64,000 nucleotides of DNA from Candidatus Woesebacteria bacterium RIFCSPHIGHO2_02_FULL_42_20 (GCA_001792535.1 MGGS01000013.1:692-64691); one strand, 5' to 3'; positions 38,058-47,037 are shown, counted from the first letter of the stretch. The notes: a model not told the origin generated them from the sequence alone. Numbers and translations are program-made.

Positions 38058-38146
38058 GCTCGGGGATGAATCGAACCTGATATGTCATCCTTTTTTAGAA
38101 AAGGAAACTCCGCTCGTAAGAGCGGAGAGGATGTCATTAAATAAAC

Positions 38147-38767
38147 ATGATTGTAGTTATACTTGGCCCTCAGGGGTCGGGAAAAGGAACACAGGCGAGG
38201 TTAATTGCCGAAAAACTCGGGTTTTTTTACTTTGGTATGGGAGATTTGGTAAGAAGGTTGGCAGATACCGATCCTGCTTTGTCCAGAGAATTGGCAAAAG
38301 GAGATTTAATGCCAGATTCGGAAGGATTTGAGTATGTCAAAAGATATCTGGAAAACAACAATTCCTTTGACAATATAGTTTTTGACGGCTTTCCGCGCTC
38401 AGTAGTTCAATATGAACTTTTGAAAAATTGGCTAAAAGAGAAGGGTTCGTCTATAGACTTTGCGGTTCTCATCAGTATCACTGAGAACGAGTCCATAAAG
38501 CGATTAACCAACAGAAGAAAAGATCCTAAAACCGGGGAAATTTACAATCTGGTTACCAATCCTCCTCCTGACAATGTGGACAGAAGTTCTCTGGTGCAGC
38601 GAGAAGATGATAACCCCGAAGCAATTAAAAAAAGATTGGAATTATATAAAAAAGTGACACTCCCTTTAATAGAGCAATTCAGGGAAGACGGAATTCTAAT
38701 CGAGATTGACGGTGAGCAGCCTATTGATGTGATATTTGATAACATTTCCAGTAAATTATCAAAATGA
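38147..38767 (+). CDS. adk: adenylate kinase
   Basis: P-loop GPQGSGKGTQA, NMP-binding and short lid regions; 206 aa. Confidence 0.9.
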   Translation: MIVVILGPQGSGKGTQARLIAEKLGFFYFGMGDLVRRLADTDPALSRELAKGDLMPDSEGFEYVKRYLENNNSFDNIVFDGFPRSVVQYELLKNWLKEKGSSIDFAVLISITENESIKRLTNRRKDPKTGEIYNLVTNPPPDNVDRSSLVQREDDNPEAIKKRLELYKKVTLPLIEQFREDGILIEIDGEQPIDVIFDNISSKLSK

Positions 38768-39525
38768 GTGCCAAAGTAAATGTAAAAACTGTAGCGGATA
38801 TTGAAAAAATGCGCCAGGGGGGCAAAAAACTGGCCGAAATCAGGCGCTCGCTAGAATCTGCCATAAAACCGGGAATCGCGGCAAGCGAAATTGACGCCCT
38901 GGCAGACAAATTAATTGAAAAGGCCGGATGTAAACCATCATTTAAAATGGTCTCCGGTTATTGTTGGTCCACATGTGTAAATGTGAATGAAGGAGTGGTT
39001 CACGGAATACCGAAAAAAGAAATAGTCTTTGCCGACGGGGACTTAGTGAGTGTCGACGTAGGGGTCTATTACAGAGGTTATCACACCGACACTTCAACTT
39101 CTGTGATTGCCGGTAAAGCTAAAAATGGCCAGTTGTCTTTTTTGGCCACTGGCCGCAATGCACTAAAGAAGGGAATACTTGCCGCTAGGATTGGTAACAA
39201 AGTAGGAGACATATCGGAAGCTATCGAATCTTCTTTAAAAAAAGCAAATCTTAGCCCAATTAGAGCTCTGGTCGGTCATGGAATAGGTAAAGAACTTCAC
39301 GAAGCGCCCTATATTCCGTGCTTTGTATCAAATTCGCTCGACGAGAGCCTCAAAATAAAGGAAGGCTGGACACTGGCGATTGAGGTTATGTATACCCAAG
39401 GCAAACCCGATCTTGTTCTCGAAGAAGATAATTGGACAATACGCACAAAAGATGCTAAAATTTCAGGGCTTTTTGAAGAGACCGTAGCGGTTATCCAAAA
39501 CGGTCCTATTATTTTAACAAAGTGA
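38764..39525 (+). CDS. map: methionine aminopeptidase type I
   Basis: Pita-bread fold metal ligands (D...D...H...E...E); 253 aa. Confidence 0.85.
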   Translation: MSAKVNVKTVADIEKMRQGGKKLAEIRRSLESAIKPGIAASEIDALADKLIEKAGCKPSFKMVSGYCWSTCVNVNEGVVHGIPKKEIVFADGDLVSVDVGVYYRGYHTDTSTSVIAGKAKNGQLSFLATGRNALKKGILAARIGNKVGDISEAIESSLKKANLSPIRALVGHGIGKELHEAPYIPCFVSNSLDESLKIKEGWTLAIEVMYTQGKPDLVLEEDNWTIRTKDAKISGLFEETVAVIQNGPIILTK

Positions 39526-39541
39526 ATTTATGATTGGTTTT

Positions 39542-39757
39542 ATGGCTAAACAGATCAACGAAGTAGTCGATGGAGAAGTACTTGAAGCGCTGCCGAATAC
39601 AATGTTTCGGGTATCGCTAGGTGAAGGGCGGAGCGTGCTTACCACACTAACCGGAAAAATGAGAAGGCGGTTTGCACGAATTTTTCCAGGGGATAAAGTA
39701 AAAGTCGAGTTTACGCCGTACGACAAGGATAGAGGCAGAATAGTGTATAAATATTAG
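39542..39757 (+). CDS. infA: translation initiation factor IF-1
   Basis: [61 protein letters not shown]: S1-like OB fold of IF-1; start set at the second ATG (39542). Confidence 0.85.
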   Translation: MAKQINEVVDGEVLEALPNTMFRVSLGEGRSVLTTLTGKMRRRFARIFPGDKVKVEFTPYDKDRGRIVYKY

Positions 39758-39770
39758 AAAGGCATTCAGG

Positions 39771-39884
39771 ATGAAAGTAAGATCGTCGGTAAAAAAAATT
39801 TGCAACAATTGTAAAATAGTCAAAAGAAAAGGGGTTTTGTATGTAATTTGCATTAACCCTAAACACAAACAGAGGCAAGGATAA
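39771..39884 (+). CDS. rpmJ: 50S ribosomal protein bL36 (zinc form)
   Basis: [37 protein letters not shown] (37 aa, C-x2-C-x12-C-x4-H); not in ORF track (below size cut-off). Confidence 0.85.
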   Translation: MKVRSSVKKICNNCKIVKRKGVLYVICINPKHKQRQG

Positions 39885-39892
39885 AAGTATAT

Positions 39893-40306
39893 ATGGCTAG
39901 AATCGCTGGAGTAGAATTACCCGAAAATATTAAAATTGACTACGCGTTGACTAAAATTCATGGCATCGGCTGGTCAGCGGCAAAAGAGGTCTTAAGAGAT
40001 GCTAAAGTGAGTAATACTAAACATGTTGCCGAGCTTACCCCCGAGGAAATTACTCATATCGCGTCCGTTGTCGATAAATTTCCCACAGAAGGTGAGCTTT
40101 CGCGTCGAGTGCGCTCAAACATTCAAAGACTTCAAGTAATCGCCTCCTATAGAGGTGTCAGACACAATCGTGGCTTGCCTGTCCGGGGGCAAAGAACTAA
40201 GACGAATGCAAGGACCAAACGCGGCAAAAGAAAGACTGTTGGAGCGTTTAAAAAAGACATACTTACAAAGATGAAGCCAGGAGGAGAGGACAAAAGCAAG
40301 GAGTAA
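39893..40306 (+). CDS. rpsM: 30S ribosomal protein uS13
   Basis: MARIAGVELPENIKIDYALTKIHGIGWSAAKEVL... uS13 N-terminus. Confidence 0.9.
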   Translation: MARIAGVELPENIKIDYALTKIHGIGWSAAKEVLRDAKVSNTKHVAELTPEEITHIASVVDKFPTEGELSRRVRSNIQRLQVIASYRGVRHNRGLPVRGQRTKTNARTKRGKRKTVGAFKKDILTKMKPGGEDKSKE

Positions 40307-40309
40307 GCG

Positions 40310-40675
40310 ATGCCAGCAAAGAAAAAAATAGACACGGCAAAAGTTTTTATCGCTGCCAGTTTTAATAACACTCTGGTTAATATCACCGACGACGGTGGTA
40401 ATTCGCTGATATGGGGTTCGGCGGGTTCTTCAGGATTTAAAGGTACTAGAAAAGCAACGCCGTATGCGGCGACAACCGCTGTTGAAAAAGTTGTCAGCCA
40501 GGCCCGTGACCAGCTCGGGGTCAAGGAGGTTGAAGTTTATATCAAAGGCCCCGGGGCCGGCCGCGATGCGGCTCTGCGAGCTATTCGTGCCTCGGGACTG
40601 AAAATTTCGATGATAGCCGATGTTACGCCTGTGCCGCACGACGGTCCCAGGCCAAAAAAGAGGAGAAGGTCGTAA
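40310..40675 (+). CDS. rpsK: 30S ribosomal protein uS11
   Basis: uS11 core; 121 aa. Confidence 0.9.
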   Translation: MPAKKKIDTAKVFIAASFNNTLVNITDDGGNSLIWGSAGSSGFKGTRKATPYAATTAVEKVVSQARDQLGVKEVEVYIKGPGAGRDAALRAIRASGLKISMIADVTPVPHDGPRPKKRRRS

Positions 40676-40676
40676 T

Positions 40677-41276
40677 ATGGGAAGGTACCTGGGACCAAAA
40701 GACAGACTATCGAGGCGCGAAAACTTTGACTTGTTTGGCAAAGGCTCGAAGATTACTCGGCTTAGCGTTCCTCCTGGAATGCACGGTCATAAGGGAACCA
40801 GAAAAGTTTCTGAATACGGAAGTCAGCTGAGAGAGAAACAAAAAGTAAAGAGAATGTATGGCCTAATGGAAAGACAACTCCGTAAATATATTGGGCAGGC
40901 ACTTAAAACTTTAGGGAACACGACAAATGTGTTGTTTGCACTTTTGGAAAGACGGCTTGACAACGTGGTTTTCCGCCTTGGTTTTGCGCCAACTCGTCCA
41001 GCAGCACGCCAGCTGGTGTCTCATAGACATGTGACGGTAAATGGTAAAGTGGTAAACATACCCTCATATCAAGTCGAGAAAGATAACTTGATTAGTCTTA
41101 CAGCTAAGGGTGTGAAGGTACCTTCAACAAAATTGAAGCTGGAAGCTAAAGATCACAACTTACCCGACTGGTTGCAAAAAAAGGCTTTAGTAGGTAAAGT
41201 ATCAAGGTTGCCGATACGTGATGACGTTCAGGAAGAAATTGACGACGCGGGCGTGATTGAGTTTTATTCGAGATAA
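40677..41276 (+). CDS. rpsD: 30S ribosomal protein uS4
   Basis: MGRYLGPKDRLSRRENFDLFGKG... uS4 N-terminus; start moved to ATG 40677 (track ORF 40620 overlaps rpsK). Confidence 0.85.
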   Translation: MGRYLGPKDRLSRRENFDLFGKGSKITRLSVPPGMHGHKGTRKVSEYGSQLREKQKVKRMYGLMERQLRKYIGQALKTLGNTTNVLFALLERRLDNVVFRLGFAPTRPAARQLVSHRHVTVNGKVVNIPSYQVEKDNLISLTAKGVKVPSTKLKLEAKDHNLPDWLQKKALVGKVSRLPIRDDVQEEIDDAGVIEFYSR

Positions 41277-41423
41277 TATGAATATATTAACGAGAGTCAA
41301 GAGCCTTGTGCTCTTATTCGAGGTAATATGAATATATTAACGAGAGTCAAGAGCCTTGTGCTCTTATTCGAGGTAATATGCATATATTAACGGGAAGCAA
41401 GAGCTTATGCTCTTGCCGAGATA
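41274..41423. repeat. three tandem 50-bp direct repeats in the rpsD-rpoA spacer
   Basis: TAATATGAATATATTAACGAGAGTCAAGAGCCTTGTGCTCTTATTCGAGG occurs twice exactly (41274..41323, 41324..41373), then a diverged third copy (41374..41423); each contains the 6-bp inverted repeat AAGAGC-CTTGT-GCTCTT. The first unit begins on the rpsD stop codon. Confidence 0.8.
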
Positions 41424-41443
41424 GTTTTAAGGAGGTGAATTAA

Positions 41444-42358
41444 GTGAGCGAACCAATATTTGAGATACAAGAAGACAAAAAAGAAAAAGGATATTCGGTT
41501 TTTACATTATCGCCTTTGGAGCAAGGGTATGGTCACACTTTGGGAACTAGTTTGCGTAGAGTACTACTGACGAGTTTGGAAGGATCAGCTGTAACAAGTG
41601 TAAAAATTGCAGGTGTAAAACACCAGTTTTCCACTCTTAAAGGTATGAAGGAAGACGTTGTTGATTTTATATTAAATGTCAAGCAGATTAGATTTTCTTA
41701 TGACGGAGATAAACCGGTAAAATTGCATCTTGCTGCAAAAACCGCCGGTGAAATTAAAGCTGGTAATATCAAAGTTTCAGGAAATATTAAAGTGGCGAAT
41801 CCAGATCTAGTTCTTTCAAAGCTTTCTAAAGGAGCAAATTTTTCCGTAGATATGGTCGTTGAAAAAGGTTTTGGCTACTCTCCGGCAGAAGAAAGAGAGC
41901 GGGGAGAAATTGGCATGATTCCAATTGACGCGGCTTTTTCGCCGGTTGTCAAAGTTAACTATAAGGTAGAAGAAACAAGAGTTGGGCGTCTTACAAATTT
42001 TGATAAATTGACTTTGGAAGTCTGGACCGATGGCACTATAGAACCCAAAGAAGCATTAATTAGAGCTTCCAAAACTTTGGTTTCGTATTTCGAACAAGTC
42101 ATTTCACCTAAAAAGGTAAAAAAGAAAAAGGATGCGGGGCCTGTTGACGCTCTGGGGCCGGTAGGTAAATTGTCGGTTGAGGAGATAGGCCTTCCGACCA
42201 GAGTTGCGAATGCACTTTCCAGAGCAGGTTATGAGACGGTAGAAAAACTGGTTAAGGCAAACCCGCAAGACTTGATGAAGGTAAGAAACTTGGGAGAGAA
42301 ATCTTTTAAGATAACCCGCGCTGCACTGATGGAGAAAGGGGTGGATTTTGTAAAGTGA
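41444..42358 (+). CDS. rpoA: DNA-directed RNA polymerase subunit alpha
   Basis: GTG start preceded by AGGAGG; N-terminal dimerisation domain (...GYGHTLGTSLRRVLLTSLEG...) and C-terminal alpha-CTD; 304 aa. Confidence 0.9.
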   Translation: MSEPIFEIQEDKKEKGYSVFTLSPLEQGYGHTLGTSLRRVLLTSLEGSAVTSVKIAGVKHQFSTLKGMKEDVVDFILNVKQIRFSYDGDKPVKLHLAAKTAGEIKAGNIKVSGNIKVANPDLVLSKLSKGANFSVDMVVEKGFGYSPAEERERGEIGMIPIDAAFSPVVKVNYKVEETRVGRLTNFDKLTLEVWTDGTIEPKEALIRASKTLVSYFEQVISPKKVKKKKDAGPVDALGPVGKLSVEEIGLPTRVANALSRAGYETVEKLVKANPQDLMKVRNLGEKSFKITRAALMEKGVDFVK

Positions 42359-42786
42359 GAAATAAGGTTTTCGGACGAAAGTTGGGGAGAGATACCGACA
42401 CCAGAAAAGCATTGTTGCGAAGCATTGTGGCTGCTGTGGTCAAAAACGGTAGCATCATTACAACCAAACCCAAGGCAAAGTTTGTTCAAGGATTTGTGGA
42501 TAAACTTGTGGTTTTGGTTAAAAAAGATACGTTAGCCGCAAGAAGGATGGTTTTTGCAAAACTTGGAAATGATAAAACAACTACGCAAAAGTTGTTCGGA
42601 GACTACAAGCTTTCCTTTGGGTATCGGAAAAGCGGCTTTACAAGGATAGTCAATTTGCCAAAACGAAAAGGCGACAGAGCGTCAATTGTGCGCCTGGAAT
42701 TTGTGGATAGGCCGGTAGCCAAAAAGACTGTGGAGGCAAAAAAGATAAAGGTGGGTTTAACAAAACCACAGGTCAAAAAGGAATAG
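42355..42786 (+). CDS. rplQ: 50S ribosomal protein bL17
   Basis: GTG start overlapping the rpoA stop; RNKVFGRKLGRDTDTRKALLRS matches the bL17 N-terminus. Confidence 0.8.
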   Translation: MRNKVFGRKLGRDTDTRKALLRSIVAAVVKNGSIITTKPKAKFVQGFVDKLVVLVKKDTLAARRMVFAKLGNDKTTTQKLFGDYKLSFGYRKSGFTRIVNLPKRKGDRASIVRLEFVDRPVAKKTVEAKKIKVGLTKPQVKKE

Positions 42787-42790
42787 AAAA

Positions 42791-43210
42791 ATGAAAACAC
42801 ACCAACCAAAAGTAAGTAAGATTAAGCGGGATTGGCATTTGATGGATGCAGCGAGCGAGCCGTTGGGTAGGCTGGCCAGCCGTTCGGCTTATTTATTGAT
42901 TGGGAAAAATAAAAAAGACTATACACCCAATTATGATATGGGTGATTTTGTTGTTGTGGTAAATGCAAGGAAAGTAAAAGTGACGGGTAAAAAAGCCAGC
43001 CAGAAAGTTTATCGAAGCCATTCGGGGTACCCCGGGGGTTTTAAGGAAGTTACATTTAAAAGGCTTAGTGAGAAAAAGCCGGAGGACATAATTAAAAAGG
43101 CCGTTTTTGGTATGCTTCCCGACAACAGGCTTAAGAAATTCAGACTTAAAAGGCTGATGGTGGTTGCAGGCAGCGACAACCCTTTCCAAAATAAATTTGA
43201 AGGCAAATAA
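42791..43210 (+). CDS. rplM: 50S ribosomal protein uL13
   Basis: uL13-like, 139 aa. Confidence 0.85.
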   Translation: MKTHQPKVSKIKRDWHLMDAASEPLGRLASRSAYLLIGKNKKDYTPNYDMGDFVVVVNARKVKVTGKKASQKVYRSHSGYPGGFKEVTFKRLSEKKPEDIIKKAVFGMLPDNRLKKFRLKRLMVVAGSDNPFQNKFEGK

Positions 43211-43214
43211 AAAT

Positions 43215-43631
43215 ATGGCTAAAGATACAAAAACAAAAAAGGGCTATGTATACGCCATTGGGCGAAGGAAATCCGCTTCGGCAAGGGTGAGGCTTTTCAA
43301 AGGAAACAAGGAAAGCCTGGTAAATGGAGAGGTTATCGGAAAATACTTTCCCGGCGAAGCCATGAGAAAGGTTTGGTCCAAGCCGTTTACGCTAGCGGGT
43401 GTGGCCGGTAAGTACTTCGTTACTATAAAGGTTTCAGGTGGCGGTAAAATTGGGCAATTGGAAGCGGCAGTCCATGGAATTTCCAGAGCGCTCTCGCTTA
43501 TCGACTCGAATAAGTTTAGAAGTACTCTCAAGAAGTTTGGCTTACTTACCCGCGATCCCAGGGTTCGTGAGCGAAGAAAAATCGGCACTGGCGGAAAAGC
43601 CCGCCGTAAAAAGCAGTCACCAAAGAGGTAA
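43215..43631 (+). CDS. rpsI: 30S ribosomal protein uS9
   Basis: MAKDTKTKKGYVYAIGRRKSASARVRL ... C-terminal GGKARRKKQSPKR; start set at ATG 43215. Confidence 0.85.
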   Translation: MAKDTKTKKGYVYAIGRRKSASARVRLFKGNKESLVNGEVIGKYFPGEAMRKVWSKPFTLAGVAGKYFVTIKVSGGGKIGQLEAAVHGISRALSLIDSNKFRSTLKKFGLLTRDPRVRERRKIGTGGKARRKKQSPKR

Positions 43632-43660
43632 TTCTTCTTAGCACTGTCAAGAAGTAGACT

Positions 43661-44827
43661 TTAGCCTCCGGTAACTCGAATTGCTTCATCAATCGAAGTA
43701 ACTCCTTGGATTACCTTGTCGACGGACGAGTTCCGGAGGCTTTTTATCTTCTTTTGCTTAATTATCGGCAAGAGATCTGCCAGTTGCGGACTTTCAGTAA
43801 TAACAGATCTTATGTCGTCGTCGAAAGGGACAACTTCAAAAATTCCAATGCGGCCTTTGAAGCCGGAGGCTAAGCATTCGTTACAGCCCTTGCCTTTATA
43901 GACTGCATTGGTTTGGGAGTTGCCTAAAAATTTAGCTTCTTGGGGAGTGGGACTGTGTTGCTCTTTGCAACTGTTACAAATTTTGCGCACAAGCCTTGAG
44001 GAAATTACGGCATTAACAGAGTTGGCAGTTACAGACCTGGGCACCCCCATTTCGATTAGTCTTGCCGTTACTCCAAAGACGTTTAAAGTGTGAAATGTCG
44101 AAAACACCAATCTGCCGGTTAAGGCGGCTTGAATTGATATTTGAGCGGTTTCGCTGTCTCTGATTTCTCCTACCATGATAACGTCGGGATCTTGGCGTAA
44201 GACCGCCCGAAGCGCTTTGGCAAAGGTGAAACCGACTGCCTCGCTGATATGAGTTTGTCTGATGCCCTCCATTTGTACCTCGACCGGGTCCTCAATTGTA
44301 ATAATATTGTTGGTGTCTTTTTTTACCGAGTTTAGCATTGAGTAGAGGAGGGTTGTTTTGCCTGACCCGGACGGACCGGTAGTCAAAATCATTCCATAAG
44401 GTTGGCTGATGAGGTTTAAAACGGTTTTGTATTGAGTTTCATCAAACCCGAGTTGGGATATACTTATCAGGATGTCTTCGCGGTTTAGTATTCGCATTAC
44501 AATTGCTTCGCCGTAGATTGTCGGGAAGGCAGAAACCCTGATATTGTAAACCCTGATGTCATAGTTAAACTCAAAATGGCCGTCTTGGGGTAACCTGTGC
44601 TCCGTAATGTCAAGCCCGGCGAGGACTTTTATTCTCGAGGTGGTAGACTCGCTGCTGTCGAGATTAACGTGCTCGATATCCCGAAGCATACCGTCTATGC
44701 GAAATTTAATTTGGATCTTTTCCCTTTGAGGTTCGATGTGAATATCACTGGCACGCTTGCCTATGGCGTCCGTTAATACTTTGTTTAGCCAGTCGTTTTC
44801 CCCGGCCCGGAGTGTGAAATCTGCCAT
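43661..44827 (-). CDS. GspE/PilB/ComGA-family secretion/pilus ATPase (short, lacks N1 domain)
   Basis: Walker A GPSGSGKTT, Asp box, Walker B, His box, C-terminal tetracysteine CNSC...CNEC; 388 aa. Confidence 0.75.
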   Translation of the reverse strand: MADFTLRAGENDWLNKVLTDAIGKRASDIHIEPQREKIQIKFRIDGMLRDIEHVNLDSSESTTSRIKVLAGLDITEHRLPQDGHFEFNYDIRVYNIRVSAFPTIYGEAIVMRILNREDILISISQLGFDETQYKTVLNLISQPYGMILTTGPSGSGKTTLLYSMLNSVKKDTNNIITIEDPVEVQMEGIRQTHISEAVGFTFAKALRAVLRQDPDVIMVGEIRDSETAQISIQAALTGRLVFSTFHTLNVFGVTARLIEMGVPRSVTANSVNAVISSRLVRKICNSCKEQHSPTPQEAKFLGNSQTNAVYKGKGCNECLASGFKGRIGIFEVVPFDDDIRSVITESPQLADLLPIIKQKKIKSLRNSSVDKVIQGVTSIDEAIRVTGG

Positions 44828-45171
44828 ATGACCATTATGTTACTTTTCGGTAAGTTCGGCAAATGCTGCTGTAAACTTTCTTTTTTAATCAAATCTATAA
44901 ATCGCTTTAGGGTATCGACTATTACTGGTATTTCCAGGTAATCAATAAAAATTGCAGTTCAGGCAAGCCATCCGGGAAGAAGCGAAACACTGCTGTCGGA
45001 AAATCTTTCTACCACAAATTCATCGGTTAGCCAGAGTATATGAAGCCATTAACTTCAAACTTGGTACCACGGGCGTAGCGACAGCGTAGCCCGTGCGGGG
45101 AAGTTAAACCCGTATCCTGCGTGGTAGGATAATCATGTAAGTGAAATTCAAAGTACAATCACACGTAACCT

Positions 45172-45483
45172 ATGTGGGAACAAATGAAAATACAATTAGA
45201 GATTACATTCAAAATCAGGGAAAACAGGATACGGGTCGATCAGAGATCGTACGAGGAAATGATACCACAGGTGAAGTGTAACGGAACCCGTGGAGACTCA
45301 TTGATTGTGACAAAAAGTGGCGGTATATTAAGCCACGCTGCAATACTCTCAAGAGAGTTAAAAAAACCTTGTATTGTTGGCGTAGGTGAGTCTATTAGTA
45401 TTTTAAAGAATGGTGATGTCGTAAGTGTTAGGGCAGATTTGGGAGTTGTGGAATTAGTGAATAACCCATCCAATAATGCATGA
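45172..45483 (+). CDS. stand-alone PEP-utilising-enzyme mobile (phosphohistidine swivel) domain protein
   Basis: GDSLIVTKSGGILSHAAILSRELKKPCIVGVGE matches the swivel-domain consensus (GG.TSHAAI.ARE.GIP.VVG) including the phosphocarrier His; 103 aa. Confidence 0.65.
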   Translation: MWEQMKIQLEITFKIRENRIRVDQRSYEEMIPQVKCNGTRGDSLIVTKSGGILSHAAILSRELKKPCIVGVGESISILKNGDVVSVRADLGVVELVNNPSNNA

Positions 45484-45521
45484 CCAAAGAGGAGGTACTT
45501 TCTAAAATTGATCAGGGTGCT

Positions 45522-46997
45522 TTAGGTGTTTCTTAGTATTTTAATAGTTCCTTTATCTGCATGGACTTCGACCAAGTCCCCATCTCTTAAAATAGCAGTT
45601 GCATTAACCGTGCCGACAATACACGGCACACCGAATTCTCGGGCAACAATTGCGGCATGGCAGGTGATACCACCTTCGTCGGTTACGAAAGCTGCTGCTT
45701 TTTCCATAGCAATTACAAAATCAGGGTTTATCATTGAAGAGACCAGAATATCACCTTTATTTACTTTTGGTATATCTTTATTGCTGAAAACAACTTTTAC
45801 TTTTCCTTTCGCAGTGCCTCTTGAAGCACAAATTCCTTTAATTTGATTAGTTGCATCTTTCGACCCGGCCTTTTTTTGTTTTTTGTATTTTTTAGAAACT
45901 AAGTTTTGCAAATTTACTGCCTCATCGCCAAACCGTTTGGCCAGTTTTCCCTGGATCCAAATAATGGCAAACCCCTTTTGTCTTTCTTTAACTAGGTGGA
46001 CTAAATTCTGCTTGCTAACTTTGTTGTCTAGACAGGAGGCAATTTCATCTGGTTCTAAAGAAAGGATTACAGAAAAGGGTAGACCTGCCCTTTTTGCGAT
46101 TTCCTTAAAAAGAGCGACTTTTGTGGCCTGGAAAAGATGTTCGTTAGATTCTGTAGTCAAGGTCCTTAGAAAAATAAATGTTCTCAAAGCCTCGACAAGC
46201 TTTAGTAATTTTCCATGAATGGTATATTTTTGTATGCTTTCCTTGTACTCTTTTTCAGCCTTTGTCCTTTCGCTCCTGATTCTATTAATTTCATAATCTA
46301 GGTTTGTTTTTAATAGATAAAGTTTAATTCGCTCTAAATAGTCATTTTTGGTGAAGGAAACATCTTCGGTTGTTATCGGACCCTTTTGCCATGCATAGTT
46401 TCGGACATGAAACTCAATATCTTTGTCTATCTTTTTACCCTCTTTAATTTTTTGCGCAGTCAACATTAATTTTAGGGGCTCGTCTCTATAGGCCAGCTCG
46501 CCTAAATCTGCCGGTATAGTAACTTTTCCAATAGCATTTTTGGGCAACTCTTTTGATAATCTTTCTTCCAGATACATATCGGGCCTAACCCACGCAGGAA
46601 TCATTGATTTTACATACATTTCAGAGAATTGATTTAAGTGTTTGAGCAGTTCTTGGTTACTCAATTCTTTAAAATTAATTTGTTCTAAATAATAGCGGAA
46701 GTTTTCAACGTTTTCTGTTATATCAAAAATTTTCTTTGCAAATTTTTCAAAGAAACTTTGATCTTCGTTGAATTTATTATCAAAAAAGTTATAAAAACTT
46801 TGAAGGTCGTCTTCAAGGTAATATTCGTCACCGTTTAGGATCATAAAGTTATCTGAGGTAATTGACAACCCTGTATATTTTATCTGATTGCTTTTTGTGT
46901 TGGCCTGAATTTGTCCCCATTCAATAAACCAGCAAAACTTTCTACTAACTTCAAAAGTCCAGTTTAGGTGATTAACTTTTTCTAAAACCATTCTCAA
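45522..46997 (-). CDS. protein with unknown N-terminal 390-aa domain and C-terminal PEP-utilising swivel domain
   Basis: C-terminus DEGGITCHAAIVAREFGVPCIVGTVNA is a second phosphohistidine domain. No ATP-grasp (PPDK_N) or PEP-binding TIM barrel is present; convergent with 45172..45483. Confidence 0.6.
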   Translation of the reverse strand: MRMVLEKVNHLNWTFEVSRKFCWFIEWGQIQANTKSNQIKYTGLSITSDNFMILNGDEYYLEDDLQSFYNFFDNKFNEDQSFFEKFAKKIFDITENVENFRYYLEQINFKELSNQELLKHLNQFSEMYVKSMIPAWVRPDMYLEERLSKELPKNAIGKVTIPADLGELAYRDEPLKLMLTAQKIKEGKKIDKDIEFHVRNYAWQKGPITTEDVSFTKNDYLERIKLYLLKTNLDYEINRIRSERTKAEKEYKESIQKYTIHGKLLKLVEALRTFIFLRTLTTESNEHLFQATKVALFKEIAKRAGLPFSVILSLEPDEIASCLDNKVSKQNLVHLVKERQKGFAIIWIQGKLAKRFGDEAVNLQNLVSKKYKKQKKAGSKDATNQIKGICASRGTAKGKVKVVFSNKDIPKVNKGDILVSSMINPDFVIAMEKAAAFVTDEGGITCHAAIVAREFGVPCIVGTVNATAILRDGDLVEVHADKGTIKILRNT

Positions 46998-47037
46998 GTT
47001 ATAAATATCCAGGAAATTAAACCGAAGAAGTGCTTAA

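Noticed and set aside
41274-41423. Possible CRISPR array or micro-ORF (MNILTRVKSLVLLFEVI) in the 50-bp tandem repeats
   Set aside because: Units are contiguous with no unique spacers, so it is not a CRISPR array. The 17-codon ORF is created by the repeat and shifts frame between units.
44990-45040. SRP RNA (4.5S) domain IV resemblance (CAGG...CCGGGAAGAAGC)
   Set aside because: Only about 60% match to the highly conserved GGUCCGGAAGGAAGCAGC core and no complementary 3' strand; not convincing without a covariance search.
45526-46218. Plus-strand ORFs of 106 and 111 aa inside the 491-aa swivel-domain gene
   Set aside because: Antisense shadow frames; Ser/Leu-rich, no motifs.
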